Shown one piece after another: positions 9,707 through 19,339 of a stretch of 64,000 nt of DNA (position 1 is its first letter; each line of letters starts with the position of its first letter). Both the position numbers and the translations under genes were made by a program. The notes beneath the pieces are model-generated. The model saw nothing but the letters and a program-made list of their open reading frames with translations. It made no database searches and was not told the DNA's origin. Source of the stretch: a virus (taxonomy: Duplodnaviria; Caudoviricetes); the IMG/VR virus record IMGVR_UViG_3300028914_000062, positions 1 to 64,000 of that record, one strand, 5' to 3'.

Positions 9707-10387
9707 TTATCCTTTCTTTTTATCCTTGCGTCCGCAACCATACTTTTCGGGACAGTAGCCCAAAAGCTCACACTTGGGAACCAGGTAGGTATCGACAATA
9801 TATTTCCACTCTTCGGAATACTCAGAAAGCGCCGTCATAATATCCTTCATAAGAGTTCTATATTCCTTATACGCTCTGGTACAGAGTCTCTGATGACTCA
9901 TATCTATAAAGTTGCGAAGGTTGCGCTTATCCACAATCTTGGTGGTCATGCCAAGGGGGAGGAGCATTGCAATATCTTCTCTCGGTATTCCCCGGAGTTC
10001 AAGCAAGCCCATGGTCCGCGAGACCGAACGCATGAACTCGGTGTATATGGTCTTGGCAGTTTCATCCTTCTGAATTGTCTCAGGGATAACATACTCAAAA
10101 TTGCCATAGTCAATATACCTTGTTGACGCCTGTAATCTCGTCGGCGCTCCACCAATATGAGTATACCATTCACGGATAACTCTAGCAGAGTAGCCGTCGA
10201 GTACAAGCTCCATATTGACAAACTCAAGAGTGCGTCCGTGATTATTTTCGATGCACTCGAGTCCTCTCTTATAGTTCTTTTTAGGGTCAGAAATATCACT
10301 GCCCCAGCATATTCCCGCTCGTTCACCGATTAAAGTAATCGGATTTTTTGTCGTTTCGGGTAAAATTATAACCTTTCCCATACTCAT
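9707..10387 (-). CDS. thyX: FAD-dependent thymidylate synthase
   Basis: HGRTLEF, SARVIREWYTH, QASTRY, NLRNF...QRLCTRA motifs. Confidence 0.9.
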   Translation of the reverse strand: MSMGKVIILPETTKNPITLIGERAGICWGSDISDPKKNYKRGLECIENNHGRTLEFVNMELVLDGYSARVIREWYTHIGGAPTRLQASTRYIDYGNFEYVIPETIQKDETAKTIYTEFMRSVSRTMGLLELRGIPREDIAMLLPLGMTTKIVDKRNLRNFIDMSHQRLCTRAYKEYRTLMKDIMTALSEYSEEWKYIVDTYLVPKCELLGYCPEKYGCGRKDKKKG

Positions 10388-10423
10388 TCTCCTGTATATT
10401 TATACAAAGTATTGTGTAATTAT

Positions 10424-10675
10424 TTACTTTCCAGCCTTCTTTTTGCTCTCTTCGCCAATGTCTTTTATGTGTGATTGGAGTTCCGTAAGACAATCGGCGC
10501 AGATATCATAGTCAGTCATTTCGGGGCCCTTCACTGTTCCATCTTTATTATATAAAGCGGATATGTCATTCGGATCGTAAGGGGTAAAAGATCTAAAAGT
10601 AGACAAGGTAATCATATCTATCTCGTTTTCGATCTCTTTTCCACAAAAGTCGCAAGTGATCACTGTTTTTCTCAT
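10424..10675 (-). CDS. Small zinc-finger hypothetical protein
   Basis: CDFCG...DICADC. Confidence 0.65.
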   Translation of the reverse strand: MRKTVITCDFCGKEIENEIDMITLSTFRSFTPYDPNDISALYNKDGTVKGPEMTDYDICADCLTELQSHIKDIGEESKKKAGK

Positions 10676-10698
10676 AATTTTATTCCTCCATTTTTATT

Positions 10699-11250
10699 TT
10701 ATCCAAAAACTATACTATCTAAACCCTTAACAAAGTCCGGCTCCTTGATCTTTTTCCAGCCTTTCTTACTTTTCTGATACAACTGACGTGACTCTGCTAT
10801 AGGCATAAGGCCAAGCTCAGCTACTTCTATAACGGCGTAATCATAGGGGTACCACCAATGACTGCGCATCAAAGCCTTCTCTGCTTCTGCTCGAGTTCTA
10901 AAAACTCCCCAGAGAGTGACCTTTCCGAAGTTGGGGAAGGTGATCTCACCTTCGAGTTTTTCAATTTCTTTATCTTCTATTAACTTCTCCATGGTAGCAA
11001 GATAGAAGAAAAACTCTGTCTCACGAGTTTCAGTGAAATCGGACTCACAGATTTCAGTAGGGTCGGGTACTGGCGCAACTGACCACGTGGTTGTTGTTTC
11101 CGTTGTTGCTATTGTGGGCTTTGTCGATTTTTGACTTTCAAAATATGGTAAAGTACAATGACAAATTCCGGATCCGCCGTTAGAAGGATGATTTGAACAC
11201 CCTTTGCAACATTCAGGAATAACTTCCTCTAAATAAAATTCTGAATTCAT
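10699..11250 (-). CDS. Hypothetical protein
   Basis: ORF with Cys-rich N-terminus (CSNHPSNGGSGICHC). Confidence 0.6.
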   Translation of the reverse strand: MNSEFYLEEVIPECCKGCSNHPSNGGSGICHCTLPYFESQKSTKPTIATTETTTTWSVAPVPDPTEICESDFTETRETEFFFYLATMEKLIEDKEIEKLEGEITFPNFGKVTLWGVFRTRAEAEKALMRSHWWYPYDYAVIEVAELGLMPIAESRQLYQKSKKGWKKIKEPDFVKGLDSIVFG

Positions 11251-11576
11251 TTAATCTTTTTCTCCTCTCCATTAATAATACATTGATCAGGTTTAATCGT
11301 TTCGGGTTCCCATTTAGGACCAATATTCTTTCCTTTCTGTACTGCGCTCAATTTTTTAATTGTCTGCGCTAGAGCAAATTCATTAGCTTTTTCTTGACTT
11401 TCAAATACGTTTTCTTTGACAAACTCTTCACACACTTCGGTTCCGGCTCTTAACAGTGCCTTAGCAGTGGGAAAGCACTTTGTTTCAACGTAATAAGAAC
11501 CAACGTCGAACCGTCCCCACGGAAGATCGACGTAATGGGTTTCATCGTATACATAATATAAAGCTATTGTTTCCAC
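11247..11576 (-). CDS. Hypothetical protein
   Basis: ORF in a tightly packed operon. Confidence 0.55.
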   Translation of the reverse strand: METIALYYVYDETHYVDLPWGRFDVGSYYVETKCFPTAKALLRAGTEVCEEFVKENVFESQEKANEFALAQTIKKLSAVQKGKNIGPKWEPETIKPDQCIINGEEKKIK

Positions 11577-11600
11577 TTATGAACTTCCTTTCATTCATTA

Positions 11601-11978
11601 TTATATCATATCTATATCTTTCCCCTCCGAAAAATTTTGAGTGCGATATGTAATATCTTTCATCTGTAGAGTTAATTCAATTTCTTCGGTTGGTACATGT
11701 ACCACGTGACCAACGCCATTTATCTCTGTCTCAAATTTATCTTTATAATGGTAAGAAGGGGTTAAAGATAGACCTTGTACTATTGCCTTGAAAGTAACCA
11801 CCTAATCATTTACCAGAAGGGTCATTATAAAGGGTTCGTCTGTTCTTAAAATAGATAGATCATAATAAGGTGTACCACAATAAGCACACTTAAGCGAACC
11901 GGCCTCTAACGGCGCTCCACAATTAGGACAATTGGTCCTAACAACTTTATTTCTTTTTAATGGTGTTATTTTACTCAT
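11601..11978 (-). CDS. Zinc-ribbon hypothetical protein (in-frame TAG at 11802)
   Basis: NCPNCGAPL...KCAYCGT joined through a TAG to ORF 11601-11801. Confidence 0.6.
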
Positions 11979-12567
11979 CTTTATCTTCCTTTATGATATT
12001 ACTAACGCACCATTTCTTCATTTCGTTGATATCGTAAGAAGAAAAAAGTATAGAAGAGGAATAGTCACTATCTTCTATAAAGATGCCAAATTTACCCTCA
12101 AGTAAATCCGATTTTAAGGTAGATAGGTTGTGCCTTACAGGAACATATACCCAATATTTCTTATCATTGTACTCAAAATAAAACTCTATTCCGGATGTAA
12201 CCATTCCGTATTGAATTATATTGGTGATTTTAATCTGTATCTTGTCATCAAAGAAATCTTCTGAAATACAATGTTCTAGAAACTCTAAATTACGTTTAGC
12301 TTTTCTTTTGTCTTTTTGTGATAATTCTTTTATAGCTTCTGTAATATACGCCGGTATAAAATCATACCTCGTGGGACAATTCCTAATAGTTGAGACATAG
12401 TTTTCTTCTAAAACATTTAAGAGATATTCTGCCTTTTTCACAAGATGTTCTTGCTCTTTGTAATAGTTTTTAGCTTCAAGAATTGCGTTAAGACGATTTT
12501 TCTCTATTTCCTCCACTTTTGGGGTTACAAATAAATTAGCATTGTTATCCATTACTTTTTCCTCCAT
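11971..12567 (-). CDS. Hypothetical protein
   Basis: 198-aa AT-rich ORF. Confidence 0.6.
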   Translation of the reverse strand: MEEKVMDNNANLFVTPKVEEIEKNRLNAILEAKNYYKEQEHLVKKAEYLLNVLEENYVSTIRNCPTRYDFIPAYITEAIKELSQKDKRKAKRNLEFLEHCISEDFFDDKIQIKITNIIQYGMVTSGIEFYFEYNDKKYWVYVPVRHNLSTLKSDLLEGKFGIFIEDSDYSSSILFSSYDINEMKKWCVSNIIKEDKDE

Positions 12568-12585
12568 AAAATTCAGGTTTCATTA

Positions 12586-12879
12586 TTACTTTTTATTATC
12601 CATAAGTTTCTTGATATTCCGGCACCGCTCGTTCCACTTTACCATTAAAGCATCTTGAGCCTCTTTAGAGGTGTTGTAAGTCACAGTATTAGTCTCTAAA
12701 GGACGAAAACTCATCGGACAGTCCTCATTGGTACAATGAACTTCATAACTATAACTATCTCTATAACCGTGAATTGTATTTCCACATTCTCTCCACATAG
12801 GAGAGGTCTCAATTATGGGAATACTACCACATATAGGACAAACTTCAATTTTCATTATCTTCCTCCGGCAACGCCCCAA
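12586..12879 (-). CDS. Lar-like zinc-ribbon protein
   Basis: CPICG...VHCTNEDC...KWNER pattern resembling restriction-alleviation Lar-like proteins. Confidence 0.5.
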   Translation of the reverse strand: MGRCRRKIMKIEVCPICGSIPIIETSPMWRECGNTIHGYRDSYSYEVHCTNEDCPMSFRPLETNTVTYNTSKEAQDALMVKWNERCRNIKKLMDNKK

Positions 12880-13138
12880 ATAAAGATCTGGCGATCTCCT
12901 CCAAACTCGGCGTCTTCTCCATGTTTTCGTTATGGTTTATCCAATTTATAAGTTCCTGTTTGCATTCGAAACAGAGCTCATAGTCTTCGACTTTCTTATA
13001 ATAGTGGTGACCAGGCTCATGTGTTCCAACCGCAATCGTAAAAAGATCTGTACGATGAGGGAATCTTCTACCACACCTGGCGCAGATATAAACCGGAGTA
13101 CAAGAATTAAGCGGTTCGAAATCTTTAGTTTTTTTCAT
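12845..13138 (-). CDS. Zinc-finger hypothetical protein
   Basis: CARCG...ELCFEC. Confidence 0.6.
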   Translation of the reverse strand: MKKTKDFEPLNSCTPVYICARCGRRFPHRTDLFTIAVGTHEPGHHYYKKVEDYELCFECKQELINWINHNENMEKTPSLEEIARSLFGALPEEDNEN

Positions 13139-13165
13139 TATGTTTCTCCTTGTCTACTTATCATA

Positions 13166-13282
13166 TATTTAATCTTCCACAATATATCCATTTAACGATA
13201 GCCAATTTTTCTGTTCAGGAGATAGCTTGCAAGTATGCAAATATCCGTCCTCTGACTCTTCAAGAATAATTTTAATCCATCC
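13166..13282. repeat. Imperfect copy of the 3' end of gene 13784-14626
   Basis: About 115 bp similar to 13781-13897; both encode GWIKIILEE...LSPEQKNWLSLNGYxVED. Confidence 0.85.
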
Positions 13283-13412
13283 TGACACTGTATTCATAAC
13301 AATCTTTATATCCGTGTATTGTATATCCATAATCTCTCCAAAGAGGCTTTTTATCCAAAAATGGAGAAGAACCACAAACAGGACAATTTCTTATTTTCAT
13401 AACTTTACTCCT

Positions 13413-13781
13413 TTACTTACTACGATTAGCCCAATGAGCAGGGTCGGGAAAATCAAGGTTTGCAAATTTTTTAATAGCCTCCTCGTCATCTTTCGCCTGG
13501 AACTCTATGGTCCATATATCAGTACCTATAGGAAACTTATCAAAATGCTTTCCACATTTGCCAACTGCAGATCTTTTATCTTTAGGGTTGTATTGATATG
13601 GAATAGAGCGGAAATAAGCTAATAATGTAGTATTTTGATAATACTCACTAGAGTACCATCCGCAATAATTCCCTGTGCCACACCAGTCTCTGTTCGTAAA
13701 TAATCCAATACAACTTATGCCATAATCTGCGAATTCATATGCGTCTCTCAAATAAAAACTGTTGACATAATACGTGTTCAT
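13413..13781 (-). CDS. Hypothetical protein
   Basis: ORF lying between the duplicated segments. Confidence 0.55.
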   Translation of the reverse strand: MNTYYVNSFYLRDAYEFADYGISCIGLFTNRDWCGTGNYCGWYSSEYYQNTTLLAYFRSIPYQYNPKDKRSAVGKCGKHFDKFPIGTDIWTIEFQAKDDEEAIKKFANLDFPDPAHWANRSK

Positions 13782-13783
13782 AT

Positions 13784-14626
13784 TTAATCCTCCACAACAT
13801 ATCCATTTAACGATAACCAGTTTTTCTGTTCGGGAGATAGCCTGCAGGTATGCAAATATCCATCTTCTTCTTCCTCAAGGATAATTTTAATCCAACCAAA
13901 ACTTTCTGCGGCTAATTCTCCCCCTATTAATTTCTCAGCTAATTTACTATGTTCACCGTGCTTACATTTATAAAGTCGGCCCTCTCTATCAAGCCATCCA
14001 ATATTGGGTAAGGTGTCTTCATAATCTTTTTCGACTTGAATATAAGTCTGCTGCTTTAGCCAAAGCAAAACATCTCTTATCTTCTCCGCCAGCTTATACT
14101 GAGCATTAGTCATATCAATTTCCAAAATCTTATGATTGGCAATTGTAATACGACCCAATTCTACTTCACTACCAGCGCGATTAAACTTAACAAGCCTTAT
14201 TGTCTGATAACGAGTATCACCAATTTCCTTATCCCTGTCTTCCCATAAACTATCAGTTGTGTCCCAATAAGTATTTTTGGGAAAAGTAAAAGCAACGGCT
14301 TCCATTAAATCAGTGATCAGATCCCAAGTCAACTGAAAATTATAATCATTGGCAAAATCAACATCAAGTACATTCTTTCTGTTCAGCTCAACTATATCGT
14401 CTTTATAGGCATCCCAAAAGTCTTGCACCTTATAACCCTTAACCTTATAACGCACGGCATAATTCTTTTTGGGACAATGCAAAAAGTCGCAATCGGTGCA
14501 ATCACATTTGAAAGGATTGATAGTTCTACCTATTTCAAATTTTTGATTGGGGACCGGCTCCCACTGTGTATCAAGTTTCATTTGTTTTCTCCTCAATTTT
14601 TTTATTTGTGTTTTGTCGTAACTCAT
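13784..14626 (-). CDS. Hypothetical protein
   Basis: 280-aa ORF; GWLDREG-x4-C-x3-H motif. Confidence 0.65.
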   Translation of the reverse strand: MSYDKTQIKKLRRKQMKLDTQWEPVPNQKFEIGRTINPFKCDCTDCDFLHCPKKNYAVRYKVKGYKVQDFWDAYKDDIVELNRKNVLDVDFANDYNFQLTWDLITDLMEAVAFTFPKNTYWDTTDSLWEDRDKEIGDTRYQTIRLVKFNRAGSEVELGRITIANHKILEIDMTNAQYKLAEKIRDVLLWLKQQTYIQVEKDYEDTLPNIGWLDREGRLYKCKHGEHSKLAEKLIGGELAAESFGWIKIILEEEEDGYLHTCRLSPEQKNWLSLNGYVVED

Positions 14627-14933
14627 TAGTTACAATTTTAGCACAATCGTAACATAATAATTTACATTTACTCATTTCAGCAAGAAATTCAGTTGCAGGA
14701 ATCGGTAGATGTCCTTTAGAACCCAATTTTGTTAAGTGATATTTACTGGGTCTGATGTGTTGAAAAACAAGAGGAGTTTGGCAGTGATATTTCCCACATC
14801 TTTCACAAGGATGTGTGCTTCTGTATATATTTCTAACCTTGTGCATACCTTTAGAACTTATCATAAGTTGTTTACCGTCATCACCCTCAAAATAAATAAA
14901 TCCTTTAATATCATTTAAAGTAAGATGTATCAT
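14571..14933 (-). CDS. HNH-like zinc-binding protein
   Basis: CERCG...FQH...KCKLLCYDC resembles degenerate HNH endonucleases. Confidence 0.5.
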   Translation of the reverse strand: MIHLTLNDIKGFIYFEGDDGKQLMISSKGMHKVRNIYRSTHPCERCGKYHCQTPLVFQHIRPSKYHLTKLGSKGHLPIPATEFLAEMSKCKLLCYDCAKIVTNELRQNTNKKIEEKTNET

Positions 14934-15118
14934 TTATTTTCTCCTTCCTGTTTCCCTTTCATCTTATTGATTTTCTTTTTAAGTTGTTGATTTTCTTCAC
15001 GCAGTCTGGATAATTCGCACATACTGCAACGACAAGCGCCGCCGTACCCTTTTTTGAGTGGACATCTGTCGCAAGGATTGATTTCCATTTTTATCTCTCT
15101 TCTTTCTTACATATAGAA

Positions 15119-15517
15119 TCAGGATTCTACCCCATATTCTAAACAAGCGTTAGCATCTTCGATTTCTACTTCGTCTTCACTCGTTGCAATTTCTTCAACT
15201 TTTTTATTTTCTTCATTATTTTCCCACTTAGGTAATGGAATACCACCCTCAGGCAGGGGAATTCTTGCCATAATCTCAAGATTTTTACCACTTGAAACGA
15301 CGGTTTCATCCTCTCCGGCTTCTCGCATCGCTTCTTCAAGCAAATGACAAGTGTATTTACTGAGGGTCATACCCTTTTCAGCAGCAAGTCTTTCGAGCTC
15401 GTCGATGATTTCGATATCTGCGGTGATGGTATAAAGATAGTCGCCGTGGTAGGGGTCCTGGCCGGAGTATTCGACTTTCATGTTTTTGAGTTTTTCATAG
15501 TTGATCGTCTTTTTCAA
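15119..15517 (-). CDS. Hypothetical protein with possible ribbon-helix-helix segment
   Basis: DELERLAAEKGMTLSKY. Confidence 0.5.
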   Translation of the reverse strand: MKKTINYEKLKNMKVEYSGQDPYHGDYLYTITADIEIIDELERLAAEKGMTLSKYTCHLLEEAMREAGEDETVVSSGKNLEIMARIPLPEGGIPLPKWENNEENKKVEEIATSEDEVEIEDANACLEYGVES

Positions 15518-15822
15518 TTTACTTTCCTCATTTCAATTTCTTTTTCATCGTCAGAAGGAAGATGAGTAACTAAAGGTTTATCTTCTTTATAGGTAAATAA
15601 CAAAGGATAAATAACATATTTATTATCAGAATCATTGAAGTTAATATAAATTTCCGTGCAAAAAGGACTATTGGTATCAATCACTTCGTGAGCTCTTGCG
15701 TCTTTACAGCAATATTGTAATGCTTCTTCAAAGGTTTGATATAAAAATCCATTCAGACTCTCATAATAAGGATCTATTCTTTTTACTGCATAAAGATAAA
15801 ATTGTTTTTTAGGTATCGTCAT
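15514..15822 (-). CDS. Hypothetical protein
   Basis: ORF with AGGAGG RBS. Confidence 0.55.
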   Translation of the reverse strand: MTIPKKQFYLYAVKRIDPYYESLNGFLYQTFEEALQYCCKDARAHEVIDTNSPFCTEIYINFNDSDNKYVIYPLLFTYKEDKPLVTHLPSDDEKEIEMRKVN

Positions 15823-16033
15823 ATCTTTATCCTCCTATTACCATAATCCATAATAGTGTCCGGCCCACCAAGCTGCCTTAGGACCCATAACACTCTCGTT
15901 CTTACAACCATTAGCAGAGCATCCGCCCCAACTGGTTGCGTACTGGCATTCAACGCCCTCTTTTGAGCACCTATAGATCTGAGGGGTAGAATACATCGGG
16001 TTGTCATTCTTGTCGTCGTCGTAGTATCCCATA

Positions 16034-16222
16034 TTAGTCCTCCGATTCGTAGTCGACTTCAAAATAGCACTTGTTGACAAGTTCGTCACGACACGCCCTT
16101 TTGACCTTTTCAAGGTCGTCGCTCTGCGTATAATACCAGAGCTCTCCATCTACCACAGAGCATACAATATACTTCGCGTGGAGATCTTTTGTGATGTTGT
16201 GAACCTCAGCTTTAATTTTCAT
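16034..16222 (-). CDS. Hypothetical protein
   Basis: First ORF after promoter 16256-16296, with RBS. Confidence 0.6.
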   Translation of the reverse strand: MKIKAEVHNITKDLHAKYIVCSVVDGELWYYTQSDDLEKVKRACRDELVNKCYFEVDYESED

Positions 16223-16255
16223 TCTTTTTGACTCCTTTTCTTTATTGTCACGGAT

Positions 16256-16296
16256 ATTATACCACGATATTTTCTATTTGTCAAGTGAAATATCAC
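16256..16296 (-). promoter_or_regulatory. sigmaA-type promoter with palindrome
   Basis: GTGATATTTCAC-TTGACA-17-TATAAT. Confidence 0.85.
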
Positions 16297-16304
16297 TATT
16301 TTTT

Positions 16305-16338
16305 AAAAAAAATAACCTGGTCTTTCGACCAGGTTATA
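16305..16338 (-). terminator. Rho-independent terminator
   Basis: ATAACCTGGTC-GAAA-GACCAGGTTAT followed by a T-run. Confidence 0.85.
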
Positions 16339-16368
16339 ATATAACTCACATTAAGAAGCCCTTCAAAA

Positions 16369-17172
16369 TTAAGCGGTTACTGCTTCGACGCTAAATTCCA
16401 ATTCGATTTCCGCGCCCGCAAGATTGGCTTTATTATTCGTATAAACAACGGATTCGTTGCCATCGTAATAGATATAAAGATCAATAACAAGGACGTCGTC
16501 GTCGACAATATTGGAGGCTCCCTGAATGGAAACAGCGGTGCCATTATCCGCAGAAGTAAGCACAGCGATAACATTGTCTTCGGTCGCAAGTAAAATCTTA
16601 GCAGCAGTAATATCCGAACCTCCCGCCTTCTGAGTAAAGGTCGGAGTAACGGTCAGCGAAGCCGCAGGATTGGAGCCTACAGCAACGGTTAAGTACACAG
16701 TCTTTTTAATGACGTAATCAGTGAAGGCCGTCAATTGAACTGCGGATCCTGTCTTCATGGTCGCGGCATCGGGAGACTCTGCATTGGCAGTATACCAGTT
16801 AGTTACTGCCGCAGCAGTAGCCTGAGTGGTAATTAAAGCGCCAGGGGTAGTAATAGCATTACCTTCGATAGTTTTGCTAGCAGTCGTCAGATACGCCGCT
16901 TCCGCACTTGTAAGCACAGGAGCCGAAGGATAAACCTCCGATTCTGCGTCTGTCATAGCAAAATCAACTTCGGTAGTGGCAGCAGCTTGGATCTCAGCAG
17001 CGGTGTCATTGTCACCGGTACCAATTAAAAGGTACGTTTCATTGGATTGCGCAGTTATCTGCATACCAATTGCAGTGACTTTGGTACTCATAGCGAACCA
17101 AGCATAGGTGGAAGAAGTAAGCATTACTGTTGCCACCAACAACAGAAACGCTGTCATAATAAGTTTCTTCAT
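16369..17172 (-). CDS. Secreted protein with SipW-type signal peptide (TasA/camelysin/pilin-like)
   Basis: MKK-hydrophobic-TYAWF signal peptide; Ala/Thr-rich beta-type body. Confidence 0.7.
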   Translation of the reverse strand: MKKLIMTAFLLLVATVMLTSSTYAWFAMSTKVTAIGMQITAQSNETYLLIGTGDNDTAAEIQAAATTEVDFAMTDAESEVYPSAPVLTSAEAAYLTTASKTIEGNAITTPGALITTQATAAAVTNWYTANAESPDAATMKTGSAVQLTAFTDYVIKKTVYLTVAVGSNPAASLTVTPTFTQKAGGSDITAAKILLATEDNVIAVLTSADNGTAVSIQGASNIVDDDVLVIDLYIYYDGNESVVYTNNKANLAGAEIELEFSVEAVTA

Positions 17173-17197
17173 GTTAATCTCTCCTAAAATAATATTT

Positions 17198-17275
17198 TCC
17201 CAGCAACCAGACTTTCTCCTTATGGAGACTCTCGGCTTTGTGTCTACGCCTCGCGACGCAGTTACCTTTTAGGAT
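17198..17275 (-). promoter_or_regulatory. c-di-GMP-I (GEMM) riboswitch-like element
   Basis: GGTAAC-TGCGTC-GCGA-GGCGTA-GACACAAAGCC-...GTCT...-GGTTGCTG resembles the GEMM-I consensus; in the 5' UTR of the SipW-type gene. Confidence 0.7.
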
Positions 17276-17306
17276 TGATTGTATTGGCTTCTTAAGTGAG
17301 GTATAT

Positions 17307-17546
17307 TCAATAAATGGCCGTACTAATATCGACCCATTCGAGTTCAATTAAAACATCGTCAGGGTCCATTTCGGGATCTATTTGACAAACACCGGCTATG
17401 TATTTGTCAATATGCACATGTAATCCATTACCACCAACCAGCCAATTATGAAAACCGATCCCGCCCACATATTGTTGAGAGCCGGGATCGTAGTATCTAA
17501 CTTGGGTCGGCTCGTCGTAATAGGGGGACATAAACTCATAACCCAT
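17307..17546 (-). CDS. Hypothetical protein
   Basis: ORF with RBS just downstream of tRNA-Pro. Confidence 0.55.
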   Translation of the reverse strand: MGYEFMSPYYDEPTQVRYYDPGSQQYVGGIGFHNWLVGGNGLHVHIDKYIAGVCQIDPEMDPDDVLIELEWVDISTAIY

Positions 17547-17574
17547 ACGCGACTTTCCTTTCTATAGTAATTTA

Positions 17575-17651
17575 TGGTCGAGAAAACAGGACTTGAACCT
17601 GCGGCCCCTTGCTCCCAAAGCAAGTGCTCTACCAAACTGAGCTATTTCTCG
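17575..17651 (-). tRNA. tRNA-Pro(TGG)
   Basis: Cloverleaf, CTTGC-TTTGGGA-GCAAG anticodon arm, TTCAA T-loop, CCA end. Confidence 0.95.
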
Positions 17652-17893
17652 TTATAATAAAATTGCCCTTTTATGGAAAAGGGCTTAACCTCCGGAATTG
17701 ATTACGCTCACCACCGGTGGTGCGTCGTTGAGAGTCTCCGTACTTAAACTGTAAAAGTTGCGGACAAGGTGTACTTCACCAATAAATGTATAATGCCTTT
17801 CGCGATTAAAACTTTCGGGACGCATCCCTACTTATCACACCCAAATCTTAATAAGGGCTGTCTTTCACGGTCAGACCGCAGTCTTCCGAGGGC

Positions 17894-17969
17894 TGGGCGC
17901 AGAAATCAGAGTCGAACTGAATATCTTCTGGTTATGAGCCAGACGAGGAAACCGTTTCTCCCTTCTGCT
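17894..17969 (-). tRNA. tRNA-Met(CAT), initiator-like 1:72 mismatch
   Basis: TCTGG-CTCATAA-CCAGA arm, TTCGA T-loop, CCA end. Confidence 0.85.
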
Positions 17970-18254
17970 TTATTGTAAATCCATTTTCGCGCCACAGTGT
18001 GGACAATAATCGTGTCCAACAAGTTCGTGATAATGAGGACTTGCGGGACATATAATGCCACAATTTGTACATTCATATTCCCAATGTATTCCCCATACTG
18101 TATGAATTTCTTTTCGTTTCCATCTTCCGTGTTTCACTTCTTGGACTTCGATGAGATTACTACAGTTTCTGAACTCTTCGTCTATCTGATCAAGTCTATC
18201 GGCGTATTGATAATTACATCCAACACAAGACGAATTCTTTTCACAAACGAACAT
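17970..18254 (-). CDS. Zinc-ribbon phage protein
   Basis: HGRW...CTNCG...YCPHCGAKMD. Confidence 0.7.
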   Translation of the reverse strand: MFVCEKNSSCVGCNYQYADRLDQIDEEFRNCSNLIEVQEVKHGRWKRKEIHTVWGIHWEYECTNCGIICPASPHYHELVGHDYCPHCGAKMDLQ

Positions 18255-18288
18255 ATTATCCCCCTTATCAAATTCTTTTTTGTTATAT

Positions 18289-18383
18289 TAGGAAGAAGGA
18301 TGGGATTTGAACCCATATCAAGGATGTTTCGCGGCACTACTCCTTACCAAGACCCGAAGCTCTACCGTTGAGCTACCTTCTTC
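18289..18383 (-). ncRNA. tRNA-like RNA with canonical acceptor, D and T arms but an expanded non-canonical anticodon domain
   Basis: GAAGAAGG/CCTTCTTC stem, GCTC-AACGGTA-GAGC D arm, ATGGG-TTCAAAT-CCCAT T arm, about 42 nt between them. Confidence 0.6.
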
Positions 18384-18853
18384 ATATGGTGAGCTATTCT
18401 TTCGACTTCTCCTGGTCTTTTAGAACTACTGGCTCCAACAGGGGCCAGGTGGTGTCTTCCTCCACATCTGCTCACTAATTAATGTAGGCTGTTTATCGCA
18501 TTCCATTTACCACAGCTCCTAGGGCTACTCAATTGAAGCTTGGGTTTCTTAATACCAACTTTCTTCATTCACCCATTTCTTTTCCGTCAAGGGTACTCAG
18601 CTTCGTGGCACCTACTCTAATAAATTAATTATAATAAAAAGGCCGAATGGGGAGCGACCCCACCATGATTTGTGTCGGCCTGTTCACTTGCCATCATAAG
18701 GCAAAACCACAGAAACTCGCTAACTATGTCAACGGAATATTTAACACATCTTTTTGAGAGCGCGGTCCGCATTGTTAAGAGGCGTGCTCCCCGTCTCGTA
18801 ACGTGTTGTGAGGGCAGGGAAATCCCAACGAGGGTATCCGCGGAATACCAAAT

Positions 18854-18928
<75 letters not shown>

Positions 18929-19135
18929 ATGCAGATGGATTATGTGTGATAATCCATCAACAAATGCGGATACTCCCACATTATATGCACTAACGGTGAT
19001 CAAACCGTTCTTATCTCCTCTAGTGGTGCACACACCAGCAGATAGTGATTTAGCGCGATTACTATCCCCCGCAGGGTTTATCGGTCTGACCCCTAACGGA
19101 CTGTCCTTTTGATCGGCACCGCAGTCATTGTGCCT

Positions 19136-19211
19136 TGGTGCTGGATATCCGCTTTGAACAGATGACCTGCTGATTACAAATCAGCTACTCTCCCAACTGA
19201 GTTAATCCAGC
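19136..19211 (-). tRNA. tRNA-Thr(TGT)
   Basis: GCTGA-TTTGTAA-TCAGC arm, full cloverleaf, CCA. Confidence 0.93.
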
Positions 19212-19339
19212 AAATGAAAGCCCAATTTCATCTACAGAGGCCGGGCCTCGCCTTCGTGATATCTGGTAGACCACGATTGACCAGCGACTTATCTCACGCT
19301 TGTTGAGGAAGCTTTTTGCTGAAGCCAGCAACATGGTTT

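Noticed and set aside
17810-17845. Hammerhead ribozyme (GTGATAA...GGGA-TGCG-TCCC-GAAA)
   Set aside because: Core deviates from CUGANGA and stems I/III are absent
18410-18435. TTCTAAA on the minus strand as a suppressor anticodon loop
   Set aside because: No flanking anticodon stem or T arm
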